64,000 nt of DNA from Bacteroidales bacterium (GCA_032260385.1 JAVVEL010000001.1:67355-131354); one strand, 5' to 3'; positions 1-10,832 are shown, numbered from the stretch's first letter. Notes: generated from the sequence alone by a model not told the origin. Translations and numbers: made by a program.

Positions 1-363
1 AACCTGGTGGTGAAGGTTTTAAGCGACAGGTATGGTATACAAACAAGGGGAGGTTGTGCATGCGCAGGTACTTACGGTCATTACCTGCTGCAGGTATCAT
101 ACGATGAAAGCCATGAGATCACGGAAAAGATTAACAGTGGTGACCTGTCTGAAAAACCCGGCTGGATAAGGATGTCGCTGCACCCTACCATGACTGATAA
201 GGAGATGGATCATATACTATCTGCAATAAGGGAAATATCTGAAAATAAAGAGATCTGGAGGAAAGATTATATTTACAGGAAGAAAAGTAACGAATTTGTA
301 CACAGGAATGAGTCTGAAACCTCAGGTGAACTAGTGAAAAGCTGGTTTAATATGAATGCTTAA
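1..363 (+). CDS. C-terminal fragment of an aminotransferase class V-fold PLP-dependent enzyme (cysteine desulfurase-like); the 5' end lies upstream of the window
   Basis: The reading frame is open from base 1. The tail ...IQTRGGCACAGTYGHYLL...IRMSLHP... resembles the C-terminal small domain of class V aminotransferases. Confidence 0.55.
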   Translation, partial: NLVVKVLSDRYGIQTRGGCACAGTYGHYLLQVSYDESHEITEKINSGDLSEKPGWIRMSLHPTMTDKEMDHILSAIREISENKEIWRKDYIYRKKSNEFVHRNESETSGELVKSWFNMNA

Positions 364-372
364 AAATTCATT

Positions 373-1575
373 ATGGTAATCAAAGAAGTTATAAACAGGA
401 GGGACAGTAAAAAATTTCTCAATTTTCATAAGTCTCACTACAAAGGTGACCCAAACTGGGTTTGTCCGCTAGATTCAGAATTCAATGCAGTTTTTGACCC
501 CTCAAAGAACAGGACATTCAGTCATGGCATACTGAAACGATGGCTTCTTTACAACAGTGGCGAAATCATAATGGGTCGTATCGCTGCCTTTATCGATTAT
601 AACCGGTCAAAAGCATACAGGCAGCCAACAGGCGGGATAGGCTTTTTTGAAGTGATAAAAAATGAAAAGGCTGCCTTCCTCCTCTTTGATACGGCAATAG
701 CCTGGTTAATGGAGAACGGGATGGAAGCCGTTGATGGCCCTGTGACCTTTGGGTCCAATGAATCAAACTGGGGCTTGCTGGTAGAAGGTTTTGTCCAACA
801 GGGCTACGGGATGCCCTATAATAAGGAATATTACAGGGACATGTTTGAGAAATACGGTTTCCGTAACTATTTTAACCAGTACAGCTTCCACAGGGATATT
901 GCATCAGTGAATGTCTTCCCGGAGAGGTTTATGAAAATAGCTGACTGGATAAGCCGGAGATCAGGCTATTCATTCGAACATTTTTCCTTCCGTAATCCTG
1001 ATAAATATGTTAATGACCTTGTTGATATCTACAATACTACATGGTCTGAATTCAGGGAGGACTTCCAGCCCATGGTGCCTTCTGATTTCAGGGAGACCGT
1101 ACGGAAGGGCAAAGCCTTCCTTGATGAGGAATTAATCTGGTTTGCATATCATAATGAGGAACCAATTGCATTTTTTGTGCTCTATCCTGACCTTAACCAG
1201 ATACTCAAGCACCTTGATGGCAGGCTGCATCTCCTTAATATTATCAAATTCCTCTACCTGAAAAAAAGGAAGGCCATGACACGTATGAGGGCAGTTGTGG
1301 CCGGGGTGAAACCGGCTTTCAGGAACAGCGGTGTTGAATCAGCCATCTTCAAATGCCTCTATGATGTATTTATGAAAAAAAGATTTTACAAAGAACTGGA
1401 ACTGTCTTGGGTGGGCGACTTCAATAAGCCCATGCTCTCAGTTTATAAGGCCATTGGCGCGGAACAGGCCAAAACACACGTCACCTACAGGTATATGATA
1501 AATAATAACATAGAATTTATTCGCCTGGAGGATGAAATGAATGACCTGGTTGAGAAGAAAGAAGAAAAATCGTAG
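373..1575 (+). CDS. Conserved hypothetical protein, possibly a GNAT-fold acyltransferase
   Basis: 400-aa ORF with an ATG start 10 nt after the upstream stop. The size and the pattern FF(V/L)YPD...RMRA...P..RN.G resemble Bacteroidota proteins annotated as GNAT family. The function is not demonstrated. Confidence 0.45.
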   Translation: MVIKEVINRRDSKKFLNFHKSHYKGDPNWVCPLDSEFNAVFDPSKNRTFSHGILKRWLLYNSGEIIMGRIAAFIDYNRSKAYRQPTGGIGFFEVIKNEKAAFLLFDTAIAWLMENGMEAVDGPVTFGSNESNWGLLVEGFVQQGYGMPYNKEYYRDMFEKYGFRNYFNQYSFHRDIASVNVFPERFMKIADWISRRSGYSFEHFSFRNPDKYVNDLVDIYNTTWSEFREDFQPMVPSDFRETVRKGKAFLDEELIWFAYHNEEPIAFFVLYPDLNQILKHLDGRLHLLNIIKFLYLKKRKAMTRMRAVVAGVKPAFRNSGVESAIFKCLYDVFMKKRFYKELELSWVGDFNKPMLSVYKAIGAEQAKTHVTYRYMINNNIEFIRLEDEMNDLVEKKEEKS

Positions 1576-1592
1576 AATTTGACGGGTAATTC

Positions 1593-1623
1593 TTTGTGTT
1601 TTAATAATTCTTGATTAATTTTG
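1593..1623 (+). promoter_or_regulatory. Candidate Bacteroidota sigma-A promoter (-33 TTTG / -7 TAnnTTTG) for rpmE
   Basis: TTTG at 1593-1596 and TAATTTTG at 1616-1623 are separated by 19 nt. The motif ends 43 nt upstream of the L31 start codon. Confidence 0.45.
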
Positions 1624-1666
1624 CGAGCCCTAAGAGTAAGAAATTTAAATATAATAAACAGCAGAG

Positions 1667-1933
1667 ATGAGAAAGGGAATACATCCGGAGAATTACAGGT
1701 TTGTCGTGTTTAAGGACATGTCGAACAATACATCCTTTTTAACAAAATCTGCCGCTCCCTCCAGGGAAACGGTTAAATGGGAGGATGGCAACGAATACCC
1801 TCTGATTAAACTCGAGATATCCGACACATCACATCCTTTCTATACAGGTAAGATGAAACTGGTTGATACTGCAGGAAGGGTAGATAAGTTCATGAATCGA
1901 TATAAAACGCATATTGATAAAAAGAAAAAGTAA
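1667..1933 (+). CDS. rpmE: 50S ribosomal protein L31, type B (no CxxC zinc motif)
   Basis: N-terminus [17 protein letters not shown] and HPFYTGK are hallmark L31 motifs. The 88-aa length and the absence of Cys pairs indicate the type B form. Confidence 0.9.
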   Translation: MRKGIHPENYRFVVFKDMSNNTSFLTKSAAPSRETVKWEDGNEYPLIKLEISDTSHPFYTGKMKLVDTAGRVDKFMNRYKTHIDKKKK

Positions 1934-1955
1934 GACAAACTGAATTTGTCTGTAA

Positions 1956-1982
1956 AGCCTCTGGTTATCAGGGGCTTTTTTT
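1956..1982 (+). terminator. Rho-independent terminator after rpmE
   Basis: Stem AGCCTCTG / CAGGGGCT (one G-U pair) with loop GTTAT, followed by T7. Confidence 0.6.
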
Positions 1983-2088
1983 ATGCCTCCCGGGGCAGTG
2001 AAGACTGGCATAATCATTGCTGGAAGGAGAAGGGTCAAAAAAATAAGTGATTTGTGAAAACAAAATGTAATTTTGACCTGTCAGAAGT

Positions 2089-4545
2089 ATGAAGAGTAAA
2101 CAAAATAAAGCATTGAATACTATATTTTTGCCGGAGATAGTGGATGATGAAGGTGAAATAATACCCATTATTGCCGATAGTGATGATATGGAAATAGGCA
2201 CATCACAGGTGCCTGATGAATTGCCGGTATTATCCTTGCGTAATAATGTTCTTTTTCCCGGTGTCGTCCTGCCTATCTCAATAGGGCGGAATAAATCTGT
2301 TAAGCTGATTCGTGATGCTTACCAGGGCGACAGGCTTGTGGGTGCTGTAGCCCAGGTTGACCCGGAGATTGAAGACCCCAGGTTCAACGACCTTCACAGG
2401 ATAGGAACAGCAGGTCATATAATCAAGCTTCTTGAAATGCCCGATGGTTCAACTACTGCAATTATTCAGGGAAGGAAAAGGATTGAACTAACAGAAGCAG
2501 TGAAAACCGATCCTTACCTGGTAGCAAAGGTGGTCGTAAGGGCCGAAAAGAAAACGAAGGAGAAAACCAGGGAATTCGATGCGATAGTAAGTTCACTTAA
2601 GGATCTTTCGCTCAGGATAATAAAGCTAAACCCGTCTATGGCACAGGAGGCATCTTTTGCCATTAAGAATATTGAAAATAAATCCTACCTGATAAACTTT
2701 ATCTGTTCAAATACGGAACTGAAAGTTAAAGAAAAGCAGAAGCTCCTGGAAGCAAACAGCCTGCACGACAGGGGTATAATGCTCCTGGAGAACCTGGTGC
2801 AGGAAATGCAGCTGCTGGAGCTGAAAAATGAACTGCAGTCAAAAGTCAAATCCGACCTTGATCAACAGCAGAGGGAATTTATGTTGCTCCAGCAGATGAA
2901 AACCATACAGAATGAACTGGGTGACAATCCTCAGGATAAGGAAATTGAGGAATTCAGGGAAAAGGCAAAGGATAAAAAGTGGAACGAGGAAGTTGAAGAA
3001 GTATTTGAGAAGGAACTTAATAAACTGCAGAGATTAAATCCTGCTGCAGCTGAATATTCTGTCCAGGTAAACTACCTGCAGACACTGGTCGATCTGCCCT
3101 GGGGTGAGTTCACAGAGGATAACCTGGATCTTGAACATGCCAGGGATATCCTTGACGAGGATCACTACGGCCTGGAGGAGGTTAAAGAAAGGATTCTCGA
3201 GCATCTCGCTGTCATAAAGCTTAAGGGAGATCTTAAGTCGCCCATCCTCTGTCTTTATGGACCTCCGGGTGTGGGTAAAACCTCTCTCGGTAAGTCGGTA
3301 GCCAGAGCTCTTGGAAGGAAGTACGTCAGAATGTCGCTGGGAGGGCTGCATGACGAGGCTGAAATACGAGGACATCGCAAAACATATATCGGGGCCATGC
3401 CCGGCAGGGTAGTCCAGAACATTAAAAAGGCCTCTTCCTCAAACCCTGTCTTTATACTGGATGAAATAGACAAGGTTGGCAAGGACTTCAGGGGTGACCC
3501 GGCGTCAGCCTTGCTCGAAGTGCTCGACCCTGAACAAAACAGCGCCTTCCATGATAACTTCCTGGAACTGGAGTACGACCTTTCCAATGTACTATTTATA
3601 GCAACAGCAAACACTCTCTCCACAATAAGCCCTGCCCTGAGGGACAGGATGGAGTTGATTGAAATAAACGGCTACCTGCTGGAGGAAAAGATAGAAATTG
3701 CCAGGCGGCACCTCCTTCCCAGGCAACTCGATAATCACGGGGTGAAAAAAAACCAGTTCAAGATTGGCCGCTCAGCACTTACAGGTCTGGTTGATAATTA
3801 TACAAGGGAATCCGGGGTCAGGGAACTGGACAAGAGGCTGGCAAAATTAATTAGAAGGGCAGCCCGGGATATAGCATACGGCAAAGAACCGGATGTATCA
3901 CCCGATTATGAAAAGTTAAGCTCCATCCTCGGACCTCCTAAATACAACAGGGAGCATTATACTGGTAATGAGCAGGCAGGAGTAGTGACCGGGCTGGCAT
4001 GGACGGCTGCCGGAGGAGAAATTCTTTTTATTGAGACCAGCCTGAGCAAGGGATCGGGAAAACTTACCCTTACGGGTAATCTTGGTGATGTAATGAAAGA
4101 ATCAGCCATTATCGCTCTTGAATATCTTAAGTCACATGCCGACATTATTGGTCTTCCGGATAACTTTTCGGATAACTGGAATGTCCATCTCCACGTACCT
4201 GAAGGGGCCATCCCTAAAGACGGACCATCAGCCGGGATTACCATGGCAGCATCAATGGCCTCTGCCTTCACCCAGCGTAAGGTAAAGAAAAACATAGCCA
4301 TGACTGGGGAGATAACACTAAGGGGCAAAGTGCTTCCTGTGGGCGGGATAAAGGAAAAAATCCTGGCTGCCCGCCGGGCCGGTCTTAAGGAAATAATACT
4401 GTCCTCAGGAAACAGGAAAGATGTAAACAGCATTAAGGATGTATACCTCAGGGGACTTAAATTTTCTTATGTCGATACAATTATGAATGTCCTTGATTTG
4501 TCACTTTTAAAACAGAAGGTTGCAAATCCTAAAAGGATAGTTTAA
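2089..4545 (+). CDS. lon: ATP-dependent Lon protease (LonA type)
   Basis: 818 aa with an N-terminal LON domain (LPVLSLRNNVLFPGVVLPI), Walker A GPPGVGKTS and the protease Ser motif PKDGPSAGITM. Confidence 0.95.
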   Translation: MKSKQNKALNTIFLPEIVDDEGEIIPIIADSDDMEIGTSQVPDELPVLSLRNNVLFPGVVLPISIGRNKSVKLIRDAYQGDRLVGAVAQVDPEIEDPRFNDLHRIGTAGHIIKLLEMPDGSTTAIIQGRKRIELTEAVKTDPYLVAKVVVRAEKKTKEKTREFDAIVSSLKDLSLRIIKLNPSMAQEASFAIKNIENKSYLINFICSNTELKVKEKQKLLEANSLHDRGIMLLENLVQEMQLLELKNELQSKVKSDLDQQQREFMLLQQMKTIQNELGDNPQDKEIEEFREKAKDKKWNEEVEEVFEKELNKLQRLNPAAAEYSVQVNYLQTLVDLPWGEFTEDNLDLEHARDILDEDHYGLEEVKERILEHLAVIKLKGDLKSPILCLYGPPGVGKTSLGKSVARALGRKYVRMSLGGLHDEAEIRGHRKTYIGAMPGRVVQNIKKASSSNPVFILDEIDKVGKDFRGDPASALLEVLDPEQNSAFHDNFLELEYDLSNVLFIATANTLSTISPALRDRMELIEINGYLLEEKIEIARRHLLPRQLDNHGVKKNQFKIGRSALTGLVDNYTRESGVRELDKRLAKLIRRAARDIAYGKEPDVSPDYEKLSSILGPPKYNREHYTGNEQAGVVTGLAWTAAGGEILFIETSLSKGSGKLTLTGNLGDVMKESAIIALEYLKSHADIIGLPDNFSDNWNVHLHVPEGAIPKDGPSAGITMAASMASAFTQRKVKKNIAMTGEITLRGKVLPVGGIKEKILAARRAGLKEIILSSGNRKDVNSIKDVYLRGLKFSYVDTIMNVLDLSLLKQKVANPKRIV

Positions 4546-4554
4546 ATTTATATT

Positions 4555-5037
4555 ATGGAAAATACAGGAAAGAAGATAGCAGTGTTCCCGGGATCATTCG
4601 ACCCCTTTACACGCGGACACGAGTCCATAGTAAACAGGGCTCTCAGTCTTTTCGATGAAATAATTATTGCCATAGGTGCCAATGCCCTGAAAGATGGCTT
4701 TTTTACACTTGAGAACAGGAAAAGAATGATAAGTGATGTTTTTAAAGGTATTGATATGGTGAAAGTATCACATTATGAGGGCCTCACGGTTGATTATTGC
4801 AGGAAGAACAATGCCGGCTTCCTCCTCAGGGGAATAAGAACCGCCGCGGACTTTGAATATGAAAGAGCAATTGCACAACTGAACAAGGCCATGGCTCCTG
4901 AAATAGAATCAGTGATGCTCCTTACCACACCGGAAATGACACCGATAAACAGTACCATAGTACGCGATATAATCCGGAACGGGGGTGATGCATCAAAATT
5001 CCTCCCGGCAAGCATAGATATAAATAATTACCGCTAG
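4555..5037 (+). CDS. coaD: Phosphopantetheine adenylyltransferase
   Basis: 160 aa. AVFPGSFDPFTRGHESIV contains the nucleotidyltransferase T/HxGH motif typical of CoaD. Confidence 0.9.
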   Translation: MENTGKKIAVFPGSFDPFTRGHESIVNRALSLFDEIIIAIGANALKDGFFTLENRKRMISDVFKGIDMVKVSHYEGLTVDYCRKNNAGFLLRGIRTAADFEYERAIAQLNKAMAPEIESVMLLTTPEMTPINSTIVRDIIRNGGDASKFLPASIDINNYR

Positions 5038-5759
5038 ATGAAGTTTTTCCTGACGGCTGTCCTGATTATACTGGGTCCTGCAGCAATCAGTGGCACTGAC
5101 GTATTGTTGGAAGGCTATGCCCCGGGGGCTGTGCCGGTACACAGATACATGTTTACAAACAGCCTGACCCGGTAACGGGTAAAAAGGTCCTGATTCACAG
5201 TCTCAGGGTAGGAAGCAATGACAAATTTAAGCTCAGCCTTGACTGTGATAATATTTGCTGGTTAATATTAAGGCATGGTGTATTTGATTTTCGTCTCCTG
5301 GTTCAGGCAGGAGGGCAATACAGGCTGCAACTTCCCTCATACAGGCTTGTGACAAAAGCGGAAAAGCTGAATCCCTTTTTTGAATATAAAGAAATACATC
5401 TCAAACTTGAAGGGAAGGGCAATACCAATAACCTCGTAAGATATATTGATTCATTGTATTATGATTATGCAGGACGGATTACTGAATCGATATACCTGGG
5501 AGAGAAATTAAGCGACAGTGATTCACTCATTGAAGCATTTCATGACGCGGGGGGCTTAATCGCCCGGGGATACCCGGAATATTATTATAAACACAGGGCC
5601 TGCCTGCTTGAGATGATATCAGGAAAGTATAAAACACCCGAACCGGATCATCTTGAACTGATGAACGATACATTCTGCCCCCGCATGCCTTCAGAAAACC
5701 TTAAGAAGACAGTTGTTTCAAAAATGAATGAGGGCTTCATTGATAACGTCAGAAATTGA
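5038..5759 (+). pseudogene. Probable frameshifted gene (or assembly error) for a secreted protein of unknown function
   Basis: An ATG at 5038 abuts the coaD stop and encodes a signal-peptide-like start (MKFFLTAVLIILGPAAISG) that terminates at 5175. A second frame is open from 5100 to 5759 but has no start codon before the GTG at 5349. The two frames overlap across the run CCCCGGGGG at 5120-5128. Confidence 0.45.
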
Positions 5760-6329
5760 AGGCCAGGTGTTCTTTAGCACTTCTTCTGTTTCATCCCTTC
5801 CAAACCATCGTACCTCCGTGATATACTCCTCAACCTGGGGCAGGGCCTTCCCTTCGCCGCTGTAATCAAATATATACCAGTTTGTTTCTTTAAGTATCCA
5901 CTTATCATCCAGGGGATAAATATGGTAGGTTGGTTTGAGAATTGACAGCCGCTTTCCGGGGCTAAGTCCGGTTTCCTCCTCTATTTCCCTTCTCGCACCC
6001 TCCTCCGGGGCTTCGTTTTCTGAGAGGTGGCCTTTGGGAAGATCCCATACCCCCCTTCTTCTGATAAATAATAGTTTTTCATTATTGTTTACCAGCAAAC
6101 CTCCGGCTGCTGTCCTGTTTTCAAAGTATGACCTGAAATCTTGCCACAGACTATTAATCTTACCCGAATAGATATTAAGTGAGCAAAATTCATCATTTTC
6201 AATAAAGCTTGATATTTTTGTATAAAGCTCATCTTTACTATGGTATTTATGTAATAAGCAGTATTTTTGCTCACGGTCGGGCTGACCGCTGATAACTATA
6301 AAACTTTTGTTTAAATAAACTTTACTCAT
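5718..6329 (-). CDS. NUDIX hydrolase
   Basis: Nudix box GHLSENEAPEEGARREIEEETGL (GX5EX7REUXEEXGU) in a 203-aa ORF. Confidence 0.85.
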   Translation of the reverse strand: MSKVYLNKSFIVISGQPDREQKYCLLHKYHSKDELYTKISSFIENDEFCSLNIYSGKINSLWQDFRSYFENRTAAGGLLVNNNEKLLFIRRRGVWDLPKGHLSENEAPEEGARREIEEETGLSPGKRLSILKPTYHIYPLDDKWILKETNWYIFDYSGEGKALPQVEEYITEVRWFGRDETEEVLKNTWPSISDVINEALIHF

Positions 6330-6335
6330 CAGCTA

Positions 6336-6968
6336 ATGGAAAATACTGCAAAAAAGATTGCTGCTTACCTCTTGCAAATTAAAGCAATAAAACTGCAACC
6401 GTCAAATCCTTTTACCTGGGCCTCTGGATGGAAGTCCCCGATATATTGTGATAACAGGAAAACACTTTCTTTTCCTGAAGTGAGGCAGGCAATAAGGGAT
6501 GCTTTTACAGGGGTGGTAAAAGAAAAATACCCTGATGCAGAACTGATTGCCGGGGTGGCCACCGGTGCTATTGCGCATGGTGTGCTGGTAGCAGAAGCCA
6601 TGGGGCTCCCTTTCGTGTATGTACGGTCAGGGGCTAAAGAACATGGGCTGGGTAAGCAGATAGAGGGATTTTATGAAAAGGGACAGAAAGTAGTCGTTAT
6701 TGAAGACCTGATATCTACCGGGGGGAGCAGCCTGAGAGCTGTCAGTGCCCTCAGGGATGCCGGCTGCAATGTTTTGGGGATGATAGCCATATTTACCTAT
6801 GGCTTTCAGAAAGCATATGATAACTTCAGTGCCGATGAAGTTACTCTTTTTACACTTAGTGATTACAATGCCCTTATCGATAAAGCAGTATCCACTGGCT
6901 ATATTACTATAAATGATGTTGAAACCCTCAGGGAATGGAGACAGGATCCCGCAAACTGGTGTAAATAA
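6336..6968 (+). CDS. pyrE: Orotate phosphoribosyltransferase
   Basis: 210 aa with the PRPP-binding motif VVVIEDLISTGGSS and an N-terminus typical of PyrE (FTWASGWKSPIYCDNR). Confidence 0.9.
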   Translation: MENTAKKIAAYLLQIKAIKLQPSNPFTWASGWKSPIYCDNRKTLSFPEVRQAIRDAFTGVVKEKYPDAELIAGVATGAIAHGVLVAEAMGLPFVYVRSGAKEHGLGKQIEGFYEKGQKVVVIEDLISTGGSSLRAVSALRDAGCNVLGMIAIFTYGFQKAYDNFSADEVTLFTLSDYNALIDKAVSTGYITINDVETLREWRQDPANWCK

Positions 6969-6975
6969 AGCAAGC

Positions 6976-7407
6976 ATGGATAATCTTTCTGTATATGAGA
7001 GCAGGATAGGAAAAATCAAATCTGGAGCAAAGGAAATTTTTTCCTTTGTTGCCGATATGAGAAATTTAAGCAGGTTCCTGCCGGATCATAGCATTGAAAA
7101 CTGGAAGGCGTCGAAAGACGAGTGTTCATTTGAAGTATCCCTGGTGGGCGAGGCCCGGATCAGGATTGTGCAAAAAGATCCGTATGATACAGTAAAATAT
7201 ACAGGCTACGGGCTTAATAATACACAATTTAACCTGTGGATACAGATGAAAGAAGTGAAAGAAAAAGATACCAGGATAAAACTGACCATCAAAACGGACC
7301 TGAATCCCGGGTTGAAAATGATTGCATCAAAACCCATAAACGATTTTCTCAACAAACTGGTAAGCGGGATGGAAGAATTCAATGACTGGGATAATACTGA
7401 GGAATAA
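6976..7407 (+). CDS. SRPBCC-fold (START/polyketide cyclase-like) protein of unknown function
   Basis: The ATG at 6976 lies just after the pyrE stop and gives 143 aa. The pattern ...IFSFVADMRNLSRFLP... resembles SRPBCC family proteins. The track ORF start at 6913 overlaps pyrE and is less likely. Confidence 0.5.
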   Translation: MDNLSVYESRIGKIKSGAKEIFSFVADMRNLSRFLPDHSIENWKASKDECSFEVSLVGEARIRIVQKDPYDTVKYTGYGLNNTQFNLWIQMKEVKEKDTRIKLTIKTDLNPGLKMIASKPINDFLNKLVSGMEEFNDWDNTEE

Positions 7408-8137
7408 ATTTTATCTCATTAAAACCATATACGCCCGTTTCTCCATTGCTCATTCTTATTTTTATACGACCGTACCTGTCAACCCCTTTTATGCTACCTC
7501 TGACCCTGGCATGGTTGATCATAAAGTCAGAAGGTTTGTTAAGCCTGTAAAGTCTCTTTTGATATTGTTTATTTATTACCGTAAACATGCCTTCTTTCAG
7601 CCTGTTGTACCACAGATCCAGTGTACGGTAAAAATCCGACAGCAATTTTTCAGTGTCATATTCCTGCTTATTTATATTGTACAGGGAAACAGGATTGGGT
7701 AAATCCTCCGGGAAGCTTGACTGGTTAATGTTTATACCGGCACCGGCAATGCAACTCTGAAGCTTATTTCCCTCCAGTGAAGCTTCTATCAGGATACCTG
7801 CAATTTTGTCATCTTTATGGTAAATGTCATTTGGCCATTTTATACTTATTAAGCAGGAATAAGGGTCAAGAAGTTCACATATTGCCAGGGATACAATTTT
7901 TGAAACCATGAACTGCTGGTCTGCACGCAGAAACCAGGGAAGAAGAATTACGCTAAGGGTCAGGTTCTTACCTGCTTCACTTATCCAAACATTTCCCTTC
8001 CTGCCCCTTCCCCCGGTTTGTTCACCGGCATAAATAAGAGTACCATCAGGAGTAGTGCCTGCAGCCAGCATTTCTGCTGCCAGATCGTTCGTTGATGACA
8101 CTTTTTCACGATATATTATATTGGAGGCTATTATCAT
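7379..8137 (-). CDS. birA: Biotin--[acetyl-CoA-carboxylase] ligase (group I, no HTH)
   Basis: GRGRKGNVW biotin-binding motif and KWPNDI motif in a 252-aa ORF. Confidence 0.88.
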   Translation of the reverse strand: MIIASNIIYREKVSSTNDLAAEMLAAGTTPDGTLIYAGEQTGGRGRKGNVWISEAGKNLTLSVILLPWFLRADQQFMVSKIVSLAICELLDPYSCLISIKWPNDIYHKDDKIAGILIEASLEGNKLQSCIAGAGININQSSFPEDLPNPVSLYNINKQEYDTEKLLSDFYRTLDLWYNRLKEGMFTVINKQYQKRLYRLNKPSDFMINHARVRGSIKGVDRYGRIKIRMSNGETGVYGFNEIKFIPQYYPSH

Positions 8138-8257
8138 GTTAACCAGGTTGTTATGTTAATCAGCAGAAGTGAATCATCGGTATCTGTCATAATAGCAGAA
8201 TCTGGCACTGTAATTGTAAAACTTATGATGCTATAACAAAAGTAAAAATAATGTTCG

Positions 8258-8265
8258 TATTTTTG
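8258..8265 (+). promoter_or_regulatory. Candidate -7 box (TAnnTTTG) upstream of rsfS-ftsH; no clear -33 element
   Basis: TATTTTTG lies 38 nt upstream of the rsfS ATG. This is a motif match only. Confidence 0.3.
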
Positions 8266-8302
8266 TGGGCGCTAATAATGTAATAAACAGAATCTGAGAT
8301 TA

Positions 8303-8671
8303 ATGACAGAAAATAGTGACGAGGGATTACCGCTGATTGACAATATAGTGAAGGGGATATTTGAAAAAAAGGGAGAAAGAGTATTATTACTTGATTTCAG
8401 GTCTTTGGAGAATTCAGTATGTGATTATTTCATAATATGCCATGGTAATTCAGTAACACAGGTTGATTCAATAACTGAATCGGTAGAATTGCATGTAAAA
8501 AAAAATACGGGGGAATATCCTCATCACATAGAGGGCAAGGAAAACTGCCTGTGGGTATTGCTGGATTACGGGGATGTGGTTGTACACATTTTCCAGGAGG
8601 AATACAGGAATTTTTACAATCTGGAGGCACTGTGGGCTGATGCCCTTATTGAGGAAGTAAGGGATAACTAA
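8303..8671 (+). CDS. rsfS: Ribosome silencing factor RsfS (iojap family)
   Basis: 122 aa. The pattern DYFIICHGNS..Q...I...V... and HIF..E.R.FY.LE.LW is typical of RsfS. Confidence 0.88.
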   Translation: MTENSDEGLPLIDNIVKGIFEKKGERVLLLDFRSLENSVCDYFIICHGNSVTQVDSITESVELHVKKNTGEYPHHIEGKENCLWVLLDYGDVVVHIFQEEYRNFYNLEALWADALIEEVRDN

Positions 8672-8685
8672 AATTATGCTTTGAG

Positions 8686-10818
8686 ATGACGGAAAAAAAC
8701 AGAAAAGATCAAAATACAAATAAACCCGGTGGTGGTTCCGGGAAGAACGACAAGCCAAAGATAAATCCTACCTGGATTTATCTCGCAATAGGTATTGGGC
8801 TTATCGCCATTAATTTTATGTTCGGGGGTAAGAAGGTTGAGAAGGTAGAGCAATGGGGGCGTATTGAACAAATGATAGCCAACAAGGATATCAGTAAGAT
8901 CGTGGTTGTCAACAAGGAATACGCTGAGATATACCTTAAACAGCAGGCTATCGAATCAGGTAGGTATCCTGATGTTTCAGGCTCGAGGAATTTTAGTTTT
9001 GCAGGACCTTCGCCTAACTACACATATCATTTTGCAACAGTAGAGTTGTTTGATTCAAGGATCAGCGAGGTTCAGGAACAAAACAATTATTCAGAATCGG
9101 AATGGATACATCCTATTTATGAGACAAAGAAGAATTATCTGGGTGAGATCATGGCCTGGATATTGCCCATGCTCCTGATTCTTGCCATATGGTTATTTAT
9201 TTTCAGGCGCATGGCCGGTGGCGGAGGAGCCGGTGGCGGTGCAGGTAATATTTTTTCCGTTGGCAAGTCGAAAGCAAAAATATTTGACAGGGAATCGAAT
9301 GTTAAGATTGACTTCAGTTATGTAGCCGGACTTGAAGAAGCCAAGACAGAAGTTAAAGAAGTGGTTGATTTTCTCAAAAACCCGAAGAAATATACTGCCC
9401 TGGGAGGGAAGATACCAAAGGGTGCATTATTGATCGGCCCCCCGGGAACGGGTAAGACCCTGCTGGCAAAGGCAGTGGCCGGGGAGGCAAATGTTCCTTT
9501 CTTTTCAATCTCAGGATCCGACTTTGTTGAAATGTTTGTTGGTGTGGGTGCCTCAAGGGTTCGTGACCTGTTTAAGCAGGCAAAAGAAAAGGCCCCGTGC
9601 ATTGTCTTTATTGATGAGATAGATGCTGTCGGAAGGGCCAGGGGAAGGAACCCGAGTTTCGGAGCCAATGATGAGCGGGAGAATACACTTAACCAGTTGC
9701 TCACCGAGATGGATGGCTTCGACAGCAATATAGGAGTAATTATCCTGGCAGCTACCAACAGGGCTGATGTGCTCGACAGGGCTCTCCTGAGAGCCGGTCG
9801 TTTCGACAGGCAGATCCATGTTGAACTGCCCGACCTTAATGAGAGAAGAGATATATTCAAGGTTCATTTGCAGCCTTTAAAACTTCCCAAATCATTTGAT
9901 ATTGATTTTCTTGCCAAACAAACCCCGGGATTCTCAGGCGCTGACATTGCAAATGTATGTAATGAGGCAGCCCTGATAGCCGCAAGGAAAAACAGGAAAA
10001 TGGTTGGCAAGCAGGATTTCCTGGATGCAGTAGACAGGATAGTCGGCGGGCTTGAAAGGAAGAATAAGATTATCTCAGCCGAGGAAAAAACAACTATAGC
10101 CTATCACGAAGCAGGACATGCGACGGTAAGCTGGTTGCTTGAACATGCCAGCCCCCTTGTGAAAGTTACAATAATACCTCGCGGGCGCGCCCTTGGTGCC
10201 GCCTGGTACCTGCCGGAAGAAAGACAACTAACGACAAGGGAACAAATCCTTGATGAGATAGCCTATGCACTGGGTGGACGGGCGGCTGAGGAACTGGTAT
10301 TTAAGAAAATATCAACGGGTGCTCTCAATGACCTTGAAAAAGTTACCAAGCAGGCTTACGCCATGGTTACATATTTCGGCATGAGCGATCAGGTTGGTAA
10401 TCTGAGTTTCTATGATTCTTCAGGTCAAAACGAATACGGTTTTACCAAACCCTACAGTGAGAAAACCGCAGAATTAATTGACAGGGAAGCTAAACGGATT
10501 ATTGATGAAGCCTACCAGAGAGCTCTTGAGGTTTTAAAGAAACACAGAAAAGGACTCGATACTCTGGCTTCCCAGCTGCTCGAAAAAGAGGTTATTTTCA
10601 GCGAAGATCTTGAAAAAATATTCGGGAAGAAAAAGGGGAACAGACCGGCAATAGAAGAAACGGGAAGGCCGGCAAAAAAAAGAACATCAAGAAAAGCCCC
10701 ATCTGCCGGACAGGTAAATAATAACAAAAAAGATGAAAAAGAGGCTGCACAGGATAATGATGAGAGCGAATCGGCTGATAATAATGATAAGGCAGAAAGC
10801 GGTGATCAGGCTAAATAG
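8686..10818 (+). CDS. ftsH: ATP-dependent zinc metalloprotease FtsH
   Basis: Walker [17 protein letters not shown] region [20 protein letters not shown] and zinc site HEAGHA, with an N-terminal TM pair. The C-terminal tail is long and charged. Confidence 0.97.
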   Translation: MTEKNRKDQNTNKPGGGSGKNDKPKINPTWIYLAIGIGLIAINFMFGGKKVEKVEQWGRIEQMIANKDISKIVVVNKEYAEIYLKQQAIESGRYPDVSGSRNFSFAGPSPNYTYHFATVELFDSRISEVQEQNNYSESEWIHPIYETKKNYLGEIMAWILPMLLILAIWLFIFRRMAGGGGAGGGAGNIFSVGKSKAKIFDRESNVKIDFSYVAGLEEAKTEVKEVVDFLKNPKKYTALGGKIPKGALLIGPPGTGKTLLAKAVAGEANVPFFSISGSDFVEMFVGVGASRVRDLFKQAKEKAPCIVFIDEIDAVGRARGRNPSFGANDERENTLNQLLTEMDGFDSNIGVIILAATNRADVLDRALLRAGRFDRQIHVELPDLNERRDIFKVHLQPLKLPKSFDIDFLAKQTPGFSGADIANVCNEAALIAARKNRKMVGKQDFLDAVDRIVGGLERKNKIISAEEKTTIAYHEAGHATVSWLLEHASPLVKVTIIPRGRALGAAWYLPEERQLTTREQILDEIAYALGGRAAEELVFKKISTGALNDLEKVTKQAYAMVTYFGMSDQVGNLSFYDSSGQNEYGFTKPYSEKTAELIDREAKRIIDEAYQRALEVLKKHRKGLDTLASQLLEKEVIFSEDLEKIFGKKKGNRPAIEETGRPAKKRTSRKAPSAGQVNNNKKDEKEAAQDNDESESADNNDKAESGDQAK

Positions 10819-10832
10819 CCAGTCTTGAACCT

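Noticed and set aside
6913-6975. Upstream extension of the SRPBCC ORF (track start 6913)
   Set aside because: It overlaps the last 56 nt of pyrE in another frame. The ATG at 6976, directly after the pyrE stop, gives a typical domain-length protein.
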